64,000 bases of DNA from an uncultured Mesorhizobium sp. (GCA_964511105.1 CAZEEC010000001.1:11358-75357), one strand, 5' to 3'. Counted from the stretch's first letter, positions 51,825 through 61,682 are shown. Numbers and translations: made by a program. Notes: generated by a model not told the origin, from the sequence alone.

Positions 51825-52262
51825 ATGAAGCTTGCATTCTTGATGGGATTTGCGGGTATTTTGAGCTCGACGCTCGCTTTTGCGGAGCCGGTCGAAGAGC
51901 GGCAGGCGTTGATGAAGTCGAACGGGCAGGCGCTCGGCCTCCTCGGAGCAACGGTCAAGGGCGAGCGCGCGTTCGATGCCGAAGCCGTCTTGGCCGCGCT
52001 GGAGCAGATAAACGCCAATGCCGAGAAGCTGGACGTCGAGGTCCATTTTCCTGAGGGTTCAGGAGGTGGTGAAAGCCGCGCTGCACCGGTGATTTGGGAA
52101 GATTGGACCGGCTTTGTCGAAGCCGTCGCGAGGTACAAAGAGGCGGCTGCAGCCGGCGTGGCGGCTGCGCCGACCAGCGTTGAAGCCCTGCAATCGCAGG
52201 TCGGTGCGATCGGCCAGACCTGCAGCAACTGCCACGAGACCTACCGGCTGCCATCAAGCTGA
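51825..52262 (+). CDS. Class II cytochrome c (c556/c')
   Basis: Signal peptide, RQALMK, IWEDW, C-terminal CSNCHETYR. Confidence 0.9.
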   Translation: MKLAFLMGFAGILSSTLAFAEPVEERQALMKSNGQALGLLGATVKGERAFDAEAVLAALEQINANAEKLDVEVHFPEGSGGGESRAAPVIWEDWTGFVEAVARYKEAAAAGVAAAPTSVEALQSQVGAIGQTCSNCHETYRLPSS

Positions 52263-52275
52263 CGCCACTGCGCGG

Positions 52276-52959
52276 TCACGTATCCTCTTCCAGGATGCGC
52301 CGCGCGATTTCTGACGCGTCCTGCAGGTGGTTGCGGACGGCGTCGGCAGCGGCCTCCGGATCGTTGTCGCAGATCGCTTGGCAGATCCGTGCCATATGGG
52401 CTGGGCCCGACACGCTGCGGTCGGCTGTCGCCAGCGTCAACGCCCGCAGCCGCGAAATGCGGCTGTTGAGCCGGTTGACGATCTCCCATGCGATCGTATG
52501 GCCCGCGGCGCTGAAGATCACCTCGTAAAGGGCTGTGGTGGCGGCATAGAGATTTTTGGGCGCCGGACCGGAAAACGCGCGCTCAAGGTCGGAAAGAGCC
52601 GCGCGCAGCCGTCCCTTTACGTCGGCATCCGCCGTGCGGGCGCAATCGGCCGCCGCCTCGGCCTCCAACAACCGGCGGATGTCATAGACTTGCCGGGCCT
52701 GACCCCAATCGAGCCTGGCAACCATCGGACCGCCACGCGGCAACAGTTCGACCAATCCTTCCGCCTCAAGGTAACGAATCGCCTCTCGCACGACCGAACG
52801 TGACACGCCCAGTTGCTCGCATAGATTCCGTTCGACCAGACGGTCGCCGCCCGAGAAGCGCCCGGTGATGATCGCATTGCGCAACCGGTCCACCGCGATT
52901 TCGCGCAGTGTCGTCGGTGGTTGGTCAATTCGCAGGTCCGTATCAGTCACCTGTTCCAT
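52276..52959 (-). CDS. GntR (FadR/FCD) regulator, TgnR-like
   Basis: RLVERNLCEQLGVSRSVVREA HTH; divergent from the tgn-like operon. Confidence 0.9.
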   Translation of the reverse strand: MEQVTDTDLRIDQPPTTLREIAVDRLRNAIITGRFSGGDRLVERNLCEQLGVSRSVVREAIRYLEAEGLVELLPRGGPMVARLDWGQARQVYDIRRLLEAEAAADCARTADADVKGRLRAALSDLERAFSGPAPKNLYAATTALYEVIFSAAGHTIAWEIVNRLNSRISRLRALTLATADRSVSGPAHMARICQAICDNDPEAAADAVRNHLQDASEIARRILEEDT

Positions 52960-53000
52960 ACAGAGATTCTAGCAGGCGACGCCACGGAAGCAAGAAAAAC

Positions 53001-53030
53001 TTGACATGCCGTCTTATGGTATACCAACAT
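53001..53030 (+). promoter_or_regulatory. Promoter with overlapping GntR/FadR-type operator
   Basis: TTGACA at 53001-53006 and perfect palindrome TGGTATACCA at 53017-53026. Confidence 0.7.
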
Positions 53031-53056
53031 AATGTGGAAGATGACAGGAGCCAGCG

Positions 53057-53659
53057 ATGTCAGCCCAGATCCGCAAGACGCTCAGTTATATTGAAACGAC
53101 CCTGAGCGAAGGCGGACGGGAAGCTGCGCGCCCCGTTACCCTGATTGGTGTTGCGGCGGTGCTGAAGAATCCGTGGGCGGGTCGCGGCTTCGTCGAGGAC
53201 CTGAAGCCCGAGATTCATGTCGTCGCGCCGGTGCTCGGCGAGTTGCTGACGAAGAAGATCATCGAAGCGGCCGGTTCCGCAGACGCGGTGGAAGCCTACG
53301 GTAAGGCCTGCGTCGTCGGTCTGGATGGCGAACTGGAGCATGGCAACGCGCTGATCCACACCCTGCGTTTCGGCAATCATTATCGCGAGGCCCTGAAGGC
53401 CAAAACCTATCTCGCCTTTACCAGCGTGCGTGGTGCGGCCAACACGCCGGTGATGGTTCCGCTGATGGACAAGCACGACGAAGGCCGCCGGTCGCACTAT
53501 CAGACCGTACATTTTGCGATTCCCGATGCGCCGGCCGCCGACGAGATCGTGGTGGCACTCGGCGCGGCACTGGGCGGGCGGGCGCATTCCCGGATAGGTG
53601 ATCGCTATCAAGACCTCAAGGATCTGGGCCATGACGTCGAGAACCCTGCCGCTATCTGA
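53057..53659 (+). CDS. tgnF: Amino-acid-synthesis family (DUF1185) protein, TgnF-like
   Basis: NPWAGRGFVEDL, AYGKA.VVG.DGELEH, DAPAADEIVVA; cluster context. Confidence 0.75.
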   Translation: MSAQIRKTLSYIETTLSEGGREAARPVTLIGVAAVLKNPWAGRGFVEDLKPEIHVVAPVLGELLTKKIIEAAGSADAVEAYGKACVVGLDGELEHGNALIHTLRFGNHYREALKAKTYLAFTSVRGAANTPVMVPLMDKHDEGRRSHYQTVHFAIPDAPAADEIVVALGAALGGRAHSRIGDRYQDLKDLGHDVENPAAI

Positions 53660-54425
53660 CGGCGCGTCGGTTCGAGTGATCGAGGCAGGCGCGGGCGAAC
53701 CTGTGCTCCTGATCCATGGCGTCGGCTTGCGAGCCGAAGCGTGGGGGCCGCAGATCGAGCAACTGAGCCGTCTGGCACGAGTCGTTGCCGTCGATATGCC
53801 GGGCCATGGTGAAAGCGACGGCTTGCCCGAAGGTGCTGGCCTTCCCGATTATGTCGCTTGGGCGGCGCGCTTGATCGAGGCGCTCGACCTCGATGCTGTC
53901 AGTGTCGTCGGCCATTCGATGGGCGCGATGATCGCCGCCGGCTTGGCGATCGAGCGGCCCGAACTCGTCCAGCGGGTGGCGCTGTTAAATGGCGTTCACC
54001 GACGCAGCCCCGAGGCGCGCGCGGCGGTCGAGGCGCGCGCGGAGGAAATCGCTGCAGGCAACGGCAGCAAGGATGCACCGTTGTCACGTTGGTTTGACGC
54101 CAACCAGACGACGCTCCGCGAACAGGTTGCAGGCTGGCTAAGGCAAGTCGACCGCAACGGATATGCCGCAGCCTACCGGGCCTTCGCGGAAGGCGATCGC
54201 GTCTATGGTGACCGCCTTGGCGAGATCCGCTGTCCCGCATTGGTTTTGACGGGCGAAGGAGACCTGAATTCGACGCCCGCGATGACCGAGGCCATGGCCG
54301 CGCAGATGTCGCTCGGCCGCTCGCACGTCATTTCCGGCCACCGCCATATGGTCAACCTGACGGCGCCGGGTGCGGTGAGCGATGCGTTGGCAGACTGGCT
54401 GCGGGCGGAGGAGGTCGTCCAATGA
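53631..54425 (+). CDS. tgnD: Alpha/beta hydrolase, TgnD-like
   Basis: LIHGVG, GHSMG nucleophile elbow, RHM; cluster context. Confidence 0.75.
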   Translation: MTSRTLPLSDGASVRVIEAGAGEPVLLIHGVGLRAEAWGPQIEQLSRLARVVAVDMPGHGESDGLPEGAGLPDYVAWAARLIEALDLDAVSVVGHSMGAMIAAGLAIERPELVQRVALLNGVHRRSPEARAAVEARAEEIAAGNGSKDAPLSRWFDANQTTLREQVAGWLRQVDRNGYAAAYRAFAEGDRVYGDRLGEIRCPALVLTGEGDLNSTPAMTEAMAAQMSLGRSHVISGHRHMVNLTAPGAVSDALADWLRAEEVVQ

Positions 54426-55345
54426 CCGTTCTCGATCTGCGCGCCCTTCGCGATGCGTTCGGATGCTTCATGACCGGCGTAACGATCGTCACGACCTTTG
54501 ATGAAGAGGGGATGCCGCTGGGTTTCACGGCCAACTCGTTCACGTCGGTCTCGCTTGATCCGCCTTTGCTGCTGATCTCGATCGCGCGGACGTCGCGCAA
54601 TTATCCGAACTTCGCGCGCGCCAAAGACTTTGCGATCAACATCCTGTCGGAGGGGCAGCGCGAGGTGTCGGCAACGTTCGCCCGTCCTGTCGAGGATCGC
54701 TTCGCATCAGTGGAATGGCGCAAGGGGCCACACGGCTCGCCTATCATAAAGGGCGTGTCTGCCTGGTTCGATTGCACTGTTTACCAGATCGTGGAAGCCG
54801 GCGATCATGCCCTCCTGATCGGTCGCATCGAAGCCTTCGAGGCGACGCAAGAGGCCGGACTTGGCTATTACCGCGGCGCCTATGTCACGCCAGCACAGAT
54901 CGGGGCGCAACTGCCGGCCGGCCCGGACGTGATGGTGTCCGTCATCGTCGAGGCGGCAGGCAGCGTGCTCCTGATCGACGATGGCAAGGGCGGCCTGACC
55001 TTGCCGGAAACCCGCGTCGGCCGCGACGGCATTCAAGCCGCGCTGGCCCGCCTGCTGGAAACAGCGGCCGGCGAGGCCGCGGCCGGTGAAATCTACGCCG
55101 TCTATGAGGATGCCCGGCAAGGCCGGCAGCACATCGCCTTCCGTTGTCCGGCGCCAGGCACGGCTGCGAAACAAGGACGTTTCGTCCCGCTGCTTCACGA
55201 CGACTTCGATGCCGTCGCCGACTCTGCCAGGCGCAGCATGCTGCAGCGCCTCGCCGAGGAGTCGCGGATCAGAAACTACGGCGTCTATTTCGGCACGCAT
55301 GAAGCCGGCCGAGTGACGAGCAACCGTGAGAGGGTCGCCCCATGA
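54422..55345 (+). CDS. tgnA: Flavin reductase with additional C-terminal domain, TgnA-like
   Basis: RDAFGCFMTGVTIVT, TANSFTSVSLDPP, GDH. Confidence 0.8.
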   Translation: MTVLDLRALRDAFGCFMTGVTIVTTFDEEGMPLGFTANSFTSVSLDPPLLLISIARTSRNYPNFARAKDFAINILSEGQREVSATFARPVEDRFASVEWRKGPHGSPIIKGVSAWFDCTVYQIVEAGDHALLIGRIEAFEATQEAGLGYYRGAYVTPAQIGAQLPAGPDVMVSVIVEAAGSVLLIDDGKGGLTLPETRVGRDGIQAALARLLETAAGEAAAGEIYAVYEDARQGRQHIAFRCPAPGTAAKQGRFVPLLHDDFDAVADSARRSMLQRLAEESRIRNYGVYFGTHEAGRVTSNRERVAP

Positions 55346-56379
55346 AATTTTCGCTCTTCATCCACATGGAGCGCGTCTCGGCCGACGAAGACCAAAAGAA
55401 GCTTTATGACGAGATGATCGAATTGTGCCGGATCGCCGACGATGGCGGCATGCACGCCATCTGGACGGGCGAGCACCACGGCATGAATTTCACTATCGCG
55501 CCCAACCCGCTGACTAGCCTTGTCGATATTGCGCACCGCACCAGGAATGTACGCCTTGGCACCGGCACCGTCGTCGCCCCTTTCTGGCACCCGATCCGTC
55601 TGGCTGGCGAAGCCGCGATGGCCGACATCATCACCAATGGCCGGATTGAACTCGGAATCGCGCGCGGCGCTTACGCTTTCGAATATGAACGCCTGCTGCC
55701 GGGCCTCGACGCTTGGGGCGCGGGCGGCCGGATGCGCGAACTCATTCCGGCCGTCAAGGGCCTGTGGAAAGGCGATTACGAACATAACGGGGAATACTGG
55801 CAGTTCCCCAAGACGACCTCGGCGCCACTGCCGCTACAAAAGCCGCATCCGCCGATCTGGGTCGCCGCTCGCGATCCCAACAGTCATGATTTCGCAGTCT
55901 CGCAAGGCTGCAACGTGCAGGTGACGCCGCTGCATCTGGGCGATGAAGAAGTCGAGAGTCTCATGGAGCGCTTCAATGCCGCCTGCGCCAAACATTCCGG
56001 CCAGCCCCGACCGAAGATCATGGTGCTGCGCCATACCTATGTCGCCGACAGCGAAGCCGACGCGCAGCGCGGGGCCGAGGAGATCAACATGTTCTACAAT
56101 TATTTCGGGGCCTGGTTCAAAAATGAGAAGCCGATCTCGAAGGGCCTGATCGAAAGGATCACGCCCGATGAGGCCGCCACGCATCCCTTCTATTCGCCCG
56201 GCGCGATGCGCAAGAACCAGATCATCGGCGAGGCGCCTGAGGTCATCGCCCGTATCAAGTCGTATGAGGCGCTCGGTTATGACGAATTCTCGTTCTGGAT
56301 CGACAGCGGCATGAGCTTCGCGCGCAAGAAGGCGTCGCTCCAACGCTTCATCGACTCCGTCATGCCTGCGTTCGCCTGA
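55342..56379 (+). CDS. tgnB: LLM-class flavin-dependent monooxygenase, TgnB-like (trigonelline monooxygenase)
   Basis: MKFSLFIHMERVS...LYDEMIELC...WTGEHH.MNFTIAPNP closely matches my recollection of Acinetobacter baylyi TgnB. Confidence 0.8.
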   Translation: MKFSLFIHMERVSADEDQKKLYDEMIELCRIADDGGMHAIWTGEHHGMNFTIAPNPLTSLVDIAHRTRNVRLGTGTVVAPFWHPIRLAGEAAMADIITNGRIELGIARGAYAFEYERLLPGLDAWGAGGRMRELIPAVKGLWKGDYEHNGEYWQFPKTTSAPLPLQKPHPPIWVAARDPNSHDFAVSQGCNVQVTPLHLGDEEVESLMERFNAACAKHSGQPRPKIMVLRHTYVADSEADAQRGAEEINMFYNYFGAWFKNEKPISKGLIERITPDEAATHPFYSPGAMRKNQIIGEAPEVIARIKSYEALGYDEFSFWIDSGMSFARKKASLQRFIDSVMPAFA

Positions 56380-56386
56380 GGAAAAG

Positions 56387-57850
56387 ATGGACCGTTTCCA
56401 GCATTACATCGGTGGTACGTTCGAGGATGGCTCAGCCAGCTTCGAAAGCCTCGATCCCGCGACCGGCAAGCCTTGGGCGTTGATGCCCTCGGCGACGGCC
56501 GCCGATGTGGACAGGGCAATGCGGGCTGCCGCGCACGCTTTCCATGATCCAGCCTGGGCCGGATTGACGGCGACGGCACGCGGCAAGCTTCTTTCGCGTT
56601 TGGCCGATCTGGTGCAGGAGGCTGCACCCCGCCTGGCGCTGCTCGAAACCCGCGACACGGGCAAGATCATCCGCGAGACTTCGGTCCAAATCGCCTATGT
56701 CGCCGACTATTACCGCTACTATGCCGGGCTCGCAGACAAGATCGAAGGTGCGCATCTGCCCATCGACAAGCCCGACATGGAGGTCTGGCTGCGGCGCGAG
56801 CCAATCGGCGTCGTCGCTGCGATCGTGCCGTGGAACAGCCAACTCTTCCTGTCGGCGGTGAAACTCGGACCGGCGCTTACGGCCGGTTGCACGGTGGTGC
56901 TGAAAGCGAGCGAGGACGGGCCCGCACCGCTCTTGGAATTCGCCCGTCTCGTTGACCAGGCGGGCTTCCCGCCTGGCGTTGTCAATATCGTGACCGGGGG
57001 TGCCGAGGCGGGTCAGGCGCTCACGACCCATCCGCTTGTGGCGCACATCGCTTTTACCGGGGGACCGGAGACCGCGCGCCACATCGTGCGGGCATCAGCG
57101 GAGAACCTCGCCCGCACCTCGCTGGAACTTGGCGGCAAATCGCCGTTCATCGTCTTCGAGGACGCTGATCTCGATTCGGCCGCCAATGCGCAGGTCGCCG
57201 GGATCTTCGCTGCGACCGGCCAAAGTTGCGTCGCTGGATCGCGCCTGCTCGTGCAGGAGAGCATCAAGGACGCTTTCTTGTCCCGCTTGAAGGCGAAGGC
57301 CGAGGCTGTTTCCATCGGCGCACCCGAGGACATGGCAACCGAAGTCGGACCGCTATGCACCATGCGGCAGCGCGAGCGGATCGAGCGCATCATAGCCCAG
57401 TCGCTCGAGGCCGGCGCGACGCTCATCACGGGTGGCAAAGCGCCCGAGGGCGAAGGGTTCTATTTTCCGCCCACCATCCTCGACTGTTCGTCCGCGCCGG
57501 ACGCGCCGTCGGTCACCGAGGAATTATTCGGACCAGTGCTCTCGGTTGTCGGTTTCGCCACGGAGGAAGAAGCGCTCAAGCTGGCCAACGCCACCCCCTA
57601 TGGCCTGGCCTCGGGCGTCTTCACGCGCGATCTGACACGGGCTCACCGCATGATCAGGCGAATCCGCGCCGGGATCGTCTGGGTGAACACCTATCGTGTC
57701 GTATCGCCCATCGCGCCTTTCGGCGGCCACGGCCTATCCGGCCATGGCCGCGAGGGCGGTCTGGCGGCGGCACTCGACTACACGACGGTCAAGACCGTGT
57801 GGCTGCGCACCTCGGACGATCCGATTCCGGATCCGTTCGTGATGCGCTGA
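56387..57850 (+). CDS. tgnC: Aldehyde dehydrogenase, TgnC-like
   Basis: IVPWN, FTGG, LELGGKSP, GQSCVAGSR, EELFGPV, C-terminal DPFVMR. Confidence 0.8.
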   Translation: MDRFQHYIGGTFEDGSASFESLDPATGKPWALMPSATAADVDRAMRAAAHAFHDPAWAGLTATARGKLLSRLADLVQEAAPRLALLETRDTGKIIRETSVQIAYVADYYRYYAGLADKIEGAHLPIDKPDMEVWLRREPIGVVAAIVPWNSQLFLSAVKLGPALTAGCTVVLKASEDGPAPLLEFARLVDQAGFPPGVVNIVTGGAEAGQALTTHPLVAHIAFTGGPETARHIVRASAENLARTSLELGGKSPFIVFEDADLDSAANAQVAGIFAATGQSCVAGSRLLVQESIKDAFLSRLKAKAEAVSIGAPEDMATEVGPLCTMRQRERIERIIAQSLEAGATLITGGKAPEGEGFYFPPTILDCSSAPDAPSVTEELFGPVLSVVGFATEEEALKLANATPYGLASGVFTRDLTRAHRMIRRIRAGIVWVNTYRVVSPIAPFGGHGLSGHGREGGLAAALDYTTVKTVWLRTSDDPIPDPFVMR

Positions 57851-57876
57851 CGAATAACACAAGCGGGAGAGAGAAA

Positions 57877-58887
57877 ATGAAGCGGATACTGACTGCCCTG
57901 GCTCTGGCAGGGACCATGATTTCAACGGGTGCGCAGGCGCAATCCATCGTGTTTTCGTCCTGGGGCGGAACGACCCAGGACGCGCAGGCCGAAAGCTGGG
58001 CCGTCCCGTTCACGGAAAAGACCGGTATCGCGGTCGTGCAGGACGGGCCGACCGACTATGGCAAGTTCCAGGCGATGGTCGAGGCCGGCGCGGTCAGCTG
58101 GGACGTCGTCGATGTCGAGTTCGACTTTGCGCTGCAAGCAGGCCGCATGGGACTGCTCGAGCCGCTCGACTTCGACATCATCGACGCCTCGCAGCTCGAT
58201 CCGCGCTTCGTTTCCGAATATGCCGTCGGCTCGTTCTACTACTCCTTCGTCCTGGGGTGGAATCCGGCGAATTTCGCCGGCGAACAACCGTCGACATTCG
58301 AAGACCTGTTCGATCTGGAATCCTTTCCCGGCCGACGGACCTTCTATTCTTGGTCGCATCCAGGCGTTATCGAGGCGGCACTTCTCGCCGATGGGGTTGC
58401 GCCCGACGATCTGTATCCGCTCGACCTCGACCGCGCCTTTGCCAAGCTCGACACGATCAAGGATCAGATCATCTGGTGGGAAGGCGGCGCGCAATCGCAA
58501 CAACTGCTTGCCTCGGGGGAGGCGCCGATTGGTCTTTTCTGGAACGGACGCCTCTACGCGCTCGAAGCCGAAGGGGTTGAAGTCGGCATCAGTTGGGATC
58601 ACAACATCACCGCTGCGGATGCGCTCGTCGTCCCCAAGGGTACGAACAACCGGGACGCGGCGATGCAGTTCATTGCCGAAGCAACCAGCGCGCAGGCCCA
58701 AGCTGATTTCGCAGCCGCTTCGGCCTATGCGCCGATCAATCTCGAATCACCGGAGCTGATGGAGGAAAGCGTGCGCGCCACCCTTCCCGATGCCCAGACC
58801 GCAGTGCAGGTCAACGCCGACCTCGCCTATTGGGCCGAGCATCGCGAAGAGATCGGATCGCGCTGGTACGAGTGGAAGGCGCAGTAG
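57877..58887 (+). CDS. PotD/PotF-like ABC substrate-binding protein
   Basis: Signal peptide; SWGG, WDVVDV, ALLADGV, YPLDLDRAFAKLD. Confidence 0.9.
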   Translation: MKRILTALALAGTMISTGAQAQSIVFSSWGGTTQDAQAESWAVPFTEKTGIAVVQDGPTDYGKFQAMVEAGAVSWDVVDVEFDFALQAGRMGLLEPLDFDIIDASQLDPRFVSEYAVGSFYYSFVLGWNPANFAGEQPSTFEDLFDLESFPGRRTFYSWSHPGVIEAALLADGVAPDDLYPLDLDRAFAKLDTIKDQIIWWEGGAQSQQLLASGEAPIGLFWNGRLYALEAEGVEVGISWDHNITAADALVVPKGTNNRDAAMQFIAEATSAQAQADFAAASAYAPINLESPELMEESVRATLPDAQTAVQVNADLAYWAEHREEIGSRWYEWKAQ

Positions 58888-58903
58888 CCGCAGCTATTCC
58901 CAA

Positions 58904-58932
58904 TCCCGGATGCGGCAACTCCGCACCCGGGA
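58904..58932. other. Intercistronic stem-loop after the binding-protein gene (probable mRNA stabiliser)
   Basis: TCCCGG-A-TGCGG-CAACT-CCGCA-C-CCGGGA. Confidence 0.55.
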
Positions 58933-58966
58933 CCAGAGGAGGCAGGCGGCCGAAAAGGATCGAGCG

Positions 58967-59797
58967 ATGGTCTTCATGACAAAGCGTGGATCGGGGCTCG
59001 GACTGGCCGTGCCGGTGATCCTGCTGCTGCTTGCCTTTTTCGTCGTGCCCGTCACCATGTTGCTTGCGCGCTCGGTGACGGACCCCGAACTTGGTCTGCA
59101 GAACTATGCGGCTCTCGTCGGCAGTGCGAGCTATGGCCGGGTCTTCTTCAATACTTTCTTCGTATCCGGGTTGGTGACGCTGGTCACCGCCCTGATTGCG
59201 TTCCCTATCGCCTGGGCGCTCGCGATCATGCCGCCGCGCTGGGCAGGCGCACTTTTCGCGATCATCCTCTTGTCGATGTGGACCAATCTGCTGGCGCGCA
59301 CCTATGCCTGGATGGTGCTCTTGCAGCAGACCGGGCTGATCAACCGAATGTTGATCGGCATCGGGCTTATCGACCAGCCCATCCAACTGACAAACAATCT
59401 GGTCGGCGTCACCATCGGCATGGTCTACATCATGCTGCCCTTCATGATCCTGCCACTCTATGGCGTGATCCGGAAGATCGACCCCGCGATCCTCCAGGCC
59501 GCAGCCCTGTGCGGGGCAACGAAGGCACAAGCGCTCGTCCGGGTGCTTTTGCCGCTCGCCGCGCCCGGCATCGCGTCCGGCGCGCTGATGGTGTTCGTCA
59601 TGTCGCTCGGCTACTACGTCACGCCCGCTTTGCTCGGCGGCACGGCGAACATGATGCTGGCTGAGTTCATTGTCCAGCAGGTGCAAAGCCTCCTGAACTG
59701 GGGGATGGGCGCCGCCGCGGCCTTCGTTCTTCTCGTCGTCACGCTGTCGCTTTATGCGCTGCAACTGCGCCTGTTCGAGTCGAAAGAGGCGCGCTGA
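58967..59797 (+). CDS. PotB-like ABC permease
   Basis: LARTYAW, MLPFMILPLY, EAA-like loop, YVTPALLGG. Confidence 0.9.
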   Translation: MVFMTKRGSGLGLAVPVILLLLAFFVVPVTMLLARSVTDPELGLQNYAALVGSASYGRVFFNTFFVSGLVTLVTALIAFPIAWALAIMPPRWAGALFAIILLSMWTNLLARTYAWMVLLQQTGLINRMLIGIGLIDQPIQLTNNLVGVTIGMVYIMLPFMILPLYGVIRKIDPAILQAAALCGATKAQALVRVLLPLAAPGIASGALMVFVMSLGYYVTPALLGGTANMMLAEFIVQQVQSLLNWGMGAAAAFVLLVVTLSLYALQLRLFESKEAR

Positions 59798-60597
59798 TGC
59801 TGCTCGATTTCGACAAGCTGGGTAGCTGGAAACCGATTCTGATCGGCATCTGCATCCTGACGGCTCTGTTCCTGCTTATTCCCATCGTCTTCATCATTGC
59901 GCTGTCCTTCGGCTCGTCGCGCTGGCTAGCCTTTCCGCCGCCCGGTTGGACGCTTCGTTGGTATGAGGAACTGTTCTCCGATCCGCGCTGGATCCAGTCG
60001 GCGCTGGTCTCGGCCAGGATCGCGCTGATCGTCACGATCCTGTCGGTAGGTTTGGGATTGCTGGCATCGCTGGCGCTGGTTCGGGGACGCTTTCGCGGGC
60101 GGGCGGTGCTGCGCGCCTTCTTCCTCACGCCGATGGTGCTTCCGGTGGTGATCCTCGCCGTGGCGCTCTACGCCGGCTTTCTGAGGATAGGGCTCAACGG
60201 AACCCTGGTCGGTTTCGTCATCGCCCATCTGATCGTCGCGCTCCCCTTGTCGATCATCACCATTTCGGGCGCGCTGGAAACGTTCGACCCGGCGATCGAG
60301 GACGCGGCCATCCTGTGCGGAGCCTCGCCTTGGGAAGCGCGTTTTCGCGTCACCCTGCCCGCCATCCGCCACGGGCTGTTTTCGGCGGCGATCTTCTCCT
60401 TTTTGATTTCGTGGGATGAGGTGGTGCTAGCAATCTTCATGGCCTCGCCGACGCTCCAGACCCTGCCCGTGCGGGTGTGGACGACGCTGCGACAGGACCT
60501 CACCCCCGTGATCGCCGCGGTCTCCACCTTGTTCGTCGTCCTGACCATCGTGCTGATGGTGGCGGCCGCCCTGATCCGCAGAGGTTCCTCCAGATGA
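59797..60597 (+). CDS. PotC-like ABC permease
   Basis: FPPPGWTLRWY, EDAAILCGA, ISWDEVV. Confidence 0.9.
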   Translation: MLLDFDKLGSWKPILIGICILTALFLLIPIVFIIALSFGSSRWLAFPPPGWTLRWYEELFSDPRWIQSALVSARIALIVTILSVGLGLLASLALVRGRFRGRAVLRAFFLTPMVLPVVILAVALYAGFLRIGLNGTLVGFVIAHLIVALPLSIITISGALETFDPAIEDAAILCGASPWEARFRVTLPAIRHGLFSAAIFSFLISWDEVVLAIFMASPTLQTLPVRVWTTLRQDLTPVIAAVSTLFVVLTIVLMVAAALIRRGSSR

Positions 60598-61682
60598 TTG
60601 TTCCCTATCTGCACATCGACGGCATCAGGAAGATCTATGGCGACGTCGTCGCGACCGATCACGTGGACCTGACGATTGAGCAAGGCGAGTTCCTCACCTT
60701 TCTCGGCCCTTCGGGCTCGGGCAAGTCGACGACGCTTTACGTCCTCGCCGGCTTTCAGGATCCGACCGCGGGCGACATCAGGCTGCGTGGCAAGTCGATC
60801 CTCTCGACGCCGTCGCACAAACGGCAGATCGGCATGGTGTTCCAGCGTTACACCCTGTTCCCGCATCTGAGCGTCGGCGAGAACGTCGCCTTTCCGCTGC
60901 GCGTGCGCCGCATGGCGAAGGCCGAGATTACACAGAAGGTGAAGCAGGCGCTGAAGCTCGTGCGGCTTAACGGGTTCGAGGACCGGATGCCGGCCAATAT
61001 GTCGGGTGGGCAGCAGCAGCGCGTGGCGCTTGCGCGCGCGCTGGTCTACGATCCGCCGGTGCTCCTCATGGATGAGCCCCTTTCCGCGCTCGACAAGAAG
61101 CTGCGCGAGGAAATCCAGGTCGAGATCCGGCGCATCCACCGCGAAACCGGCGTGACGATCCTCTATGTCACTCATGATCAGGAAGAGGCGCTGCGGCTTT
61201 CCGACAGGATCGCGATCTTCAATCAGGGTCGGATCGAGCAGGTCGGCACCGGCTCGGAGCTCTACGCCAACCCGGCGACCCATTTCGTGGCCGACTTTAT
61301 CGGCGACAGCGCTTTTCTGGCCGGAGAACTCGTCAACGTATCCGACGGTCGCGCCGCATTGCGCTTTGCCGACGGAACGATGGTGGAAGCCGTTCCCCTC
61401 CACGGAGCGGCAAGCCCGGGCCAGGCGGCGGAACTGATGCTGCGGCCGGAACGGATCGACCTGAGCCGGGAACCGGGAGCCGACGGCGCGTCGCTACCGG
61501 TGACGGTCGGGGACATGACCTTCCTCGGCAGCAACACCGCCGTTACAGTTGAAACCGGTTGGGGTGGGCAGCTTTCGGTACGACTGAATTTCGGCCACGC
61601 GCTGGCCGACCATCTGGCGCGCGGCGACCGGCTCTACATCCGCTGGTCGCCCGATGCCGCACATGCCTTTGCAAAAGCTTGA
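60594..61682 (+). CDS. PotA-like ABC ATP-binding protein
   Basis: GPSGSGKST, MSGGQQQR, MDEPLSALD, TOBE-like C-terminus. Confidence 0.93.
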   Translation: MIVPYLHIDGIRKIYGDVVATDHVDLTIEQGEFLTFLGPSGSGKSTTLYVLAGFQDPTAGDIRLRGKSILSTPSHKRQIGMVFQRYTLFPHLSVGENVAFPLRVRRMAKAEITQKVKQALKLVRLNGFEDRMPANMSGGQQQRVALARALVYDPPVLLMDEPLSALDKKLREEIQVEIRRIHRETGVTILYVTHDQEEALRLSDRIAIFNQGRIEQVGTGSELYANPATHFVADFIGDSAFLAGELVNVSDGRAALRFADGTMVEAVPLHGAASPGQAAELMLRPERIDLSREPGADGASLPVTVGDMTFLGSNTAVTVETGWGGQLSVRLNFGHALADHLARGDRLYIRWSPDAAHAFAKA

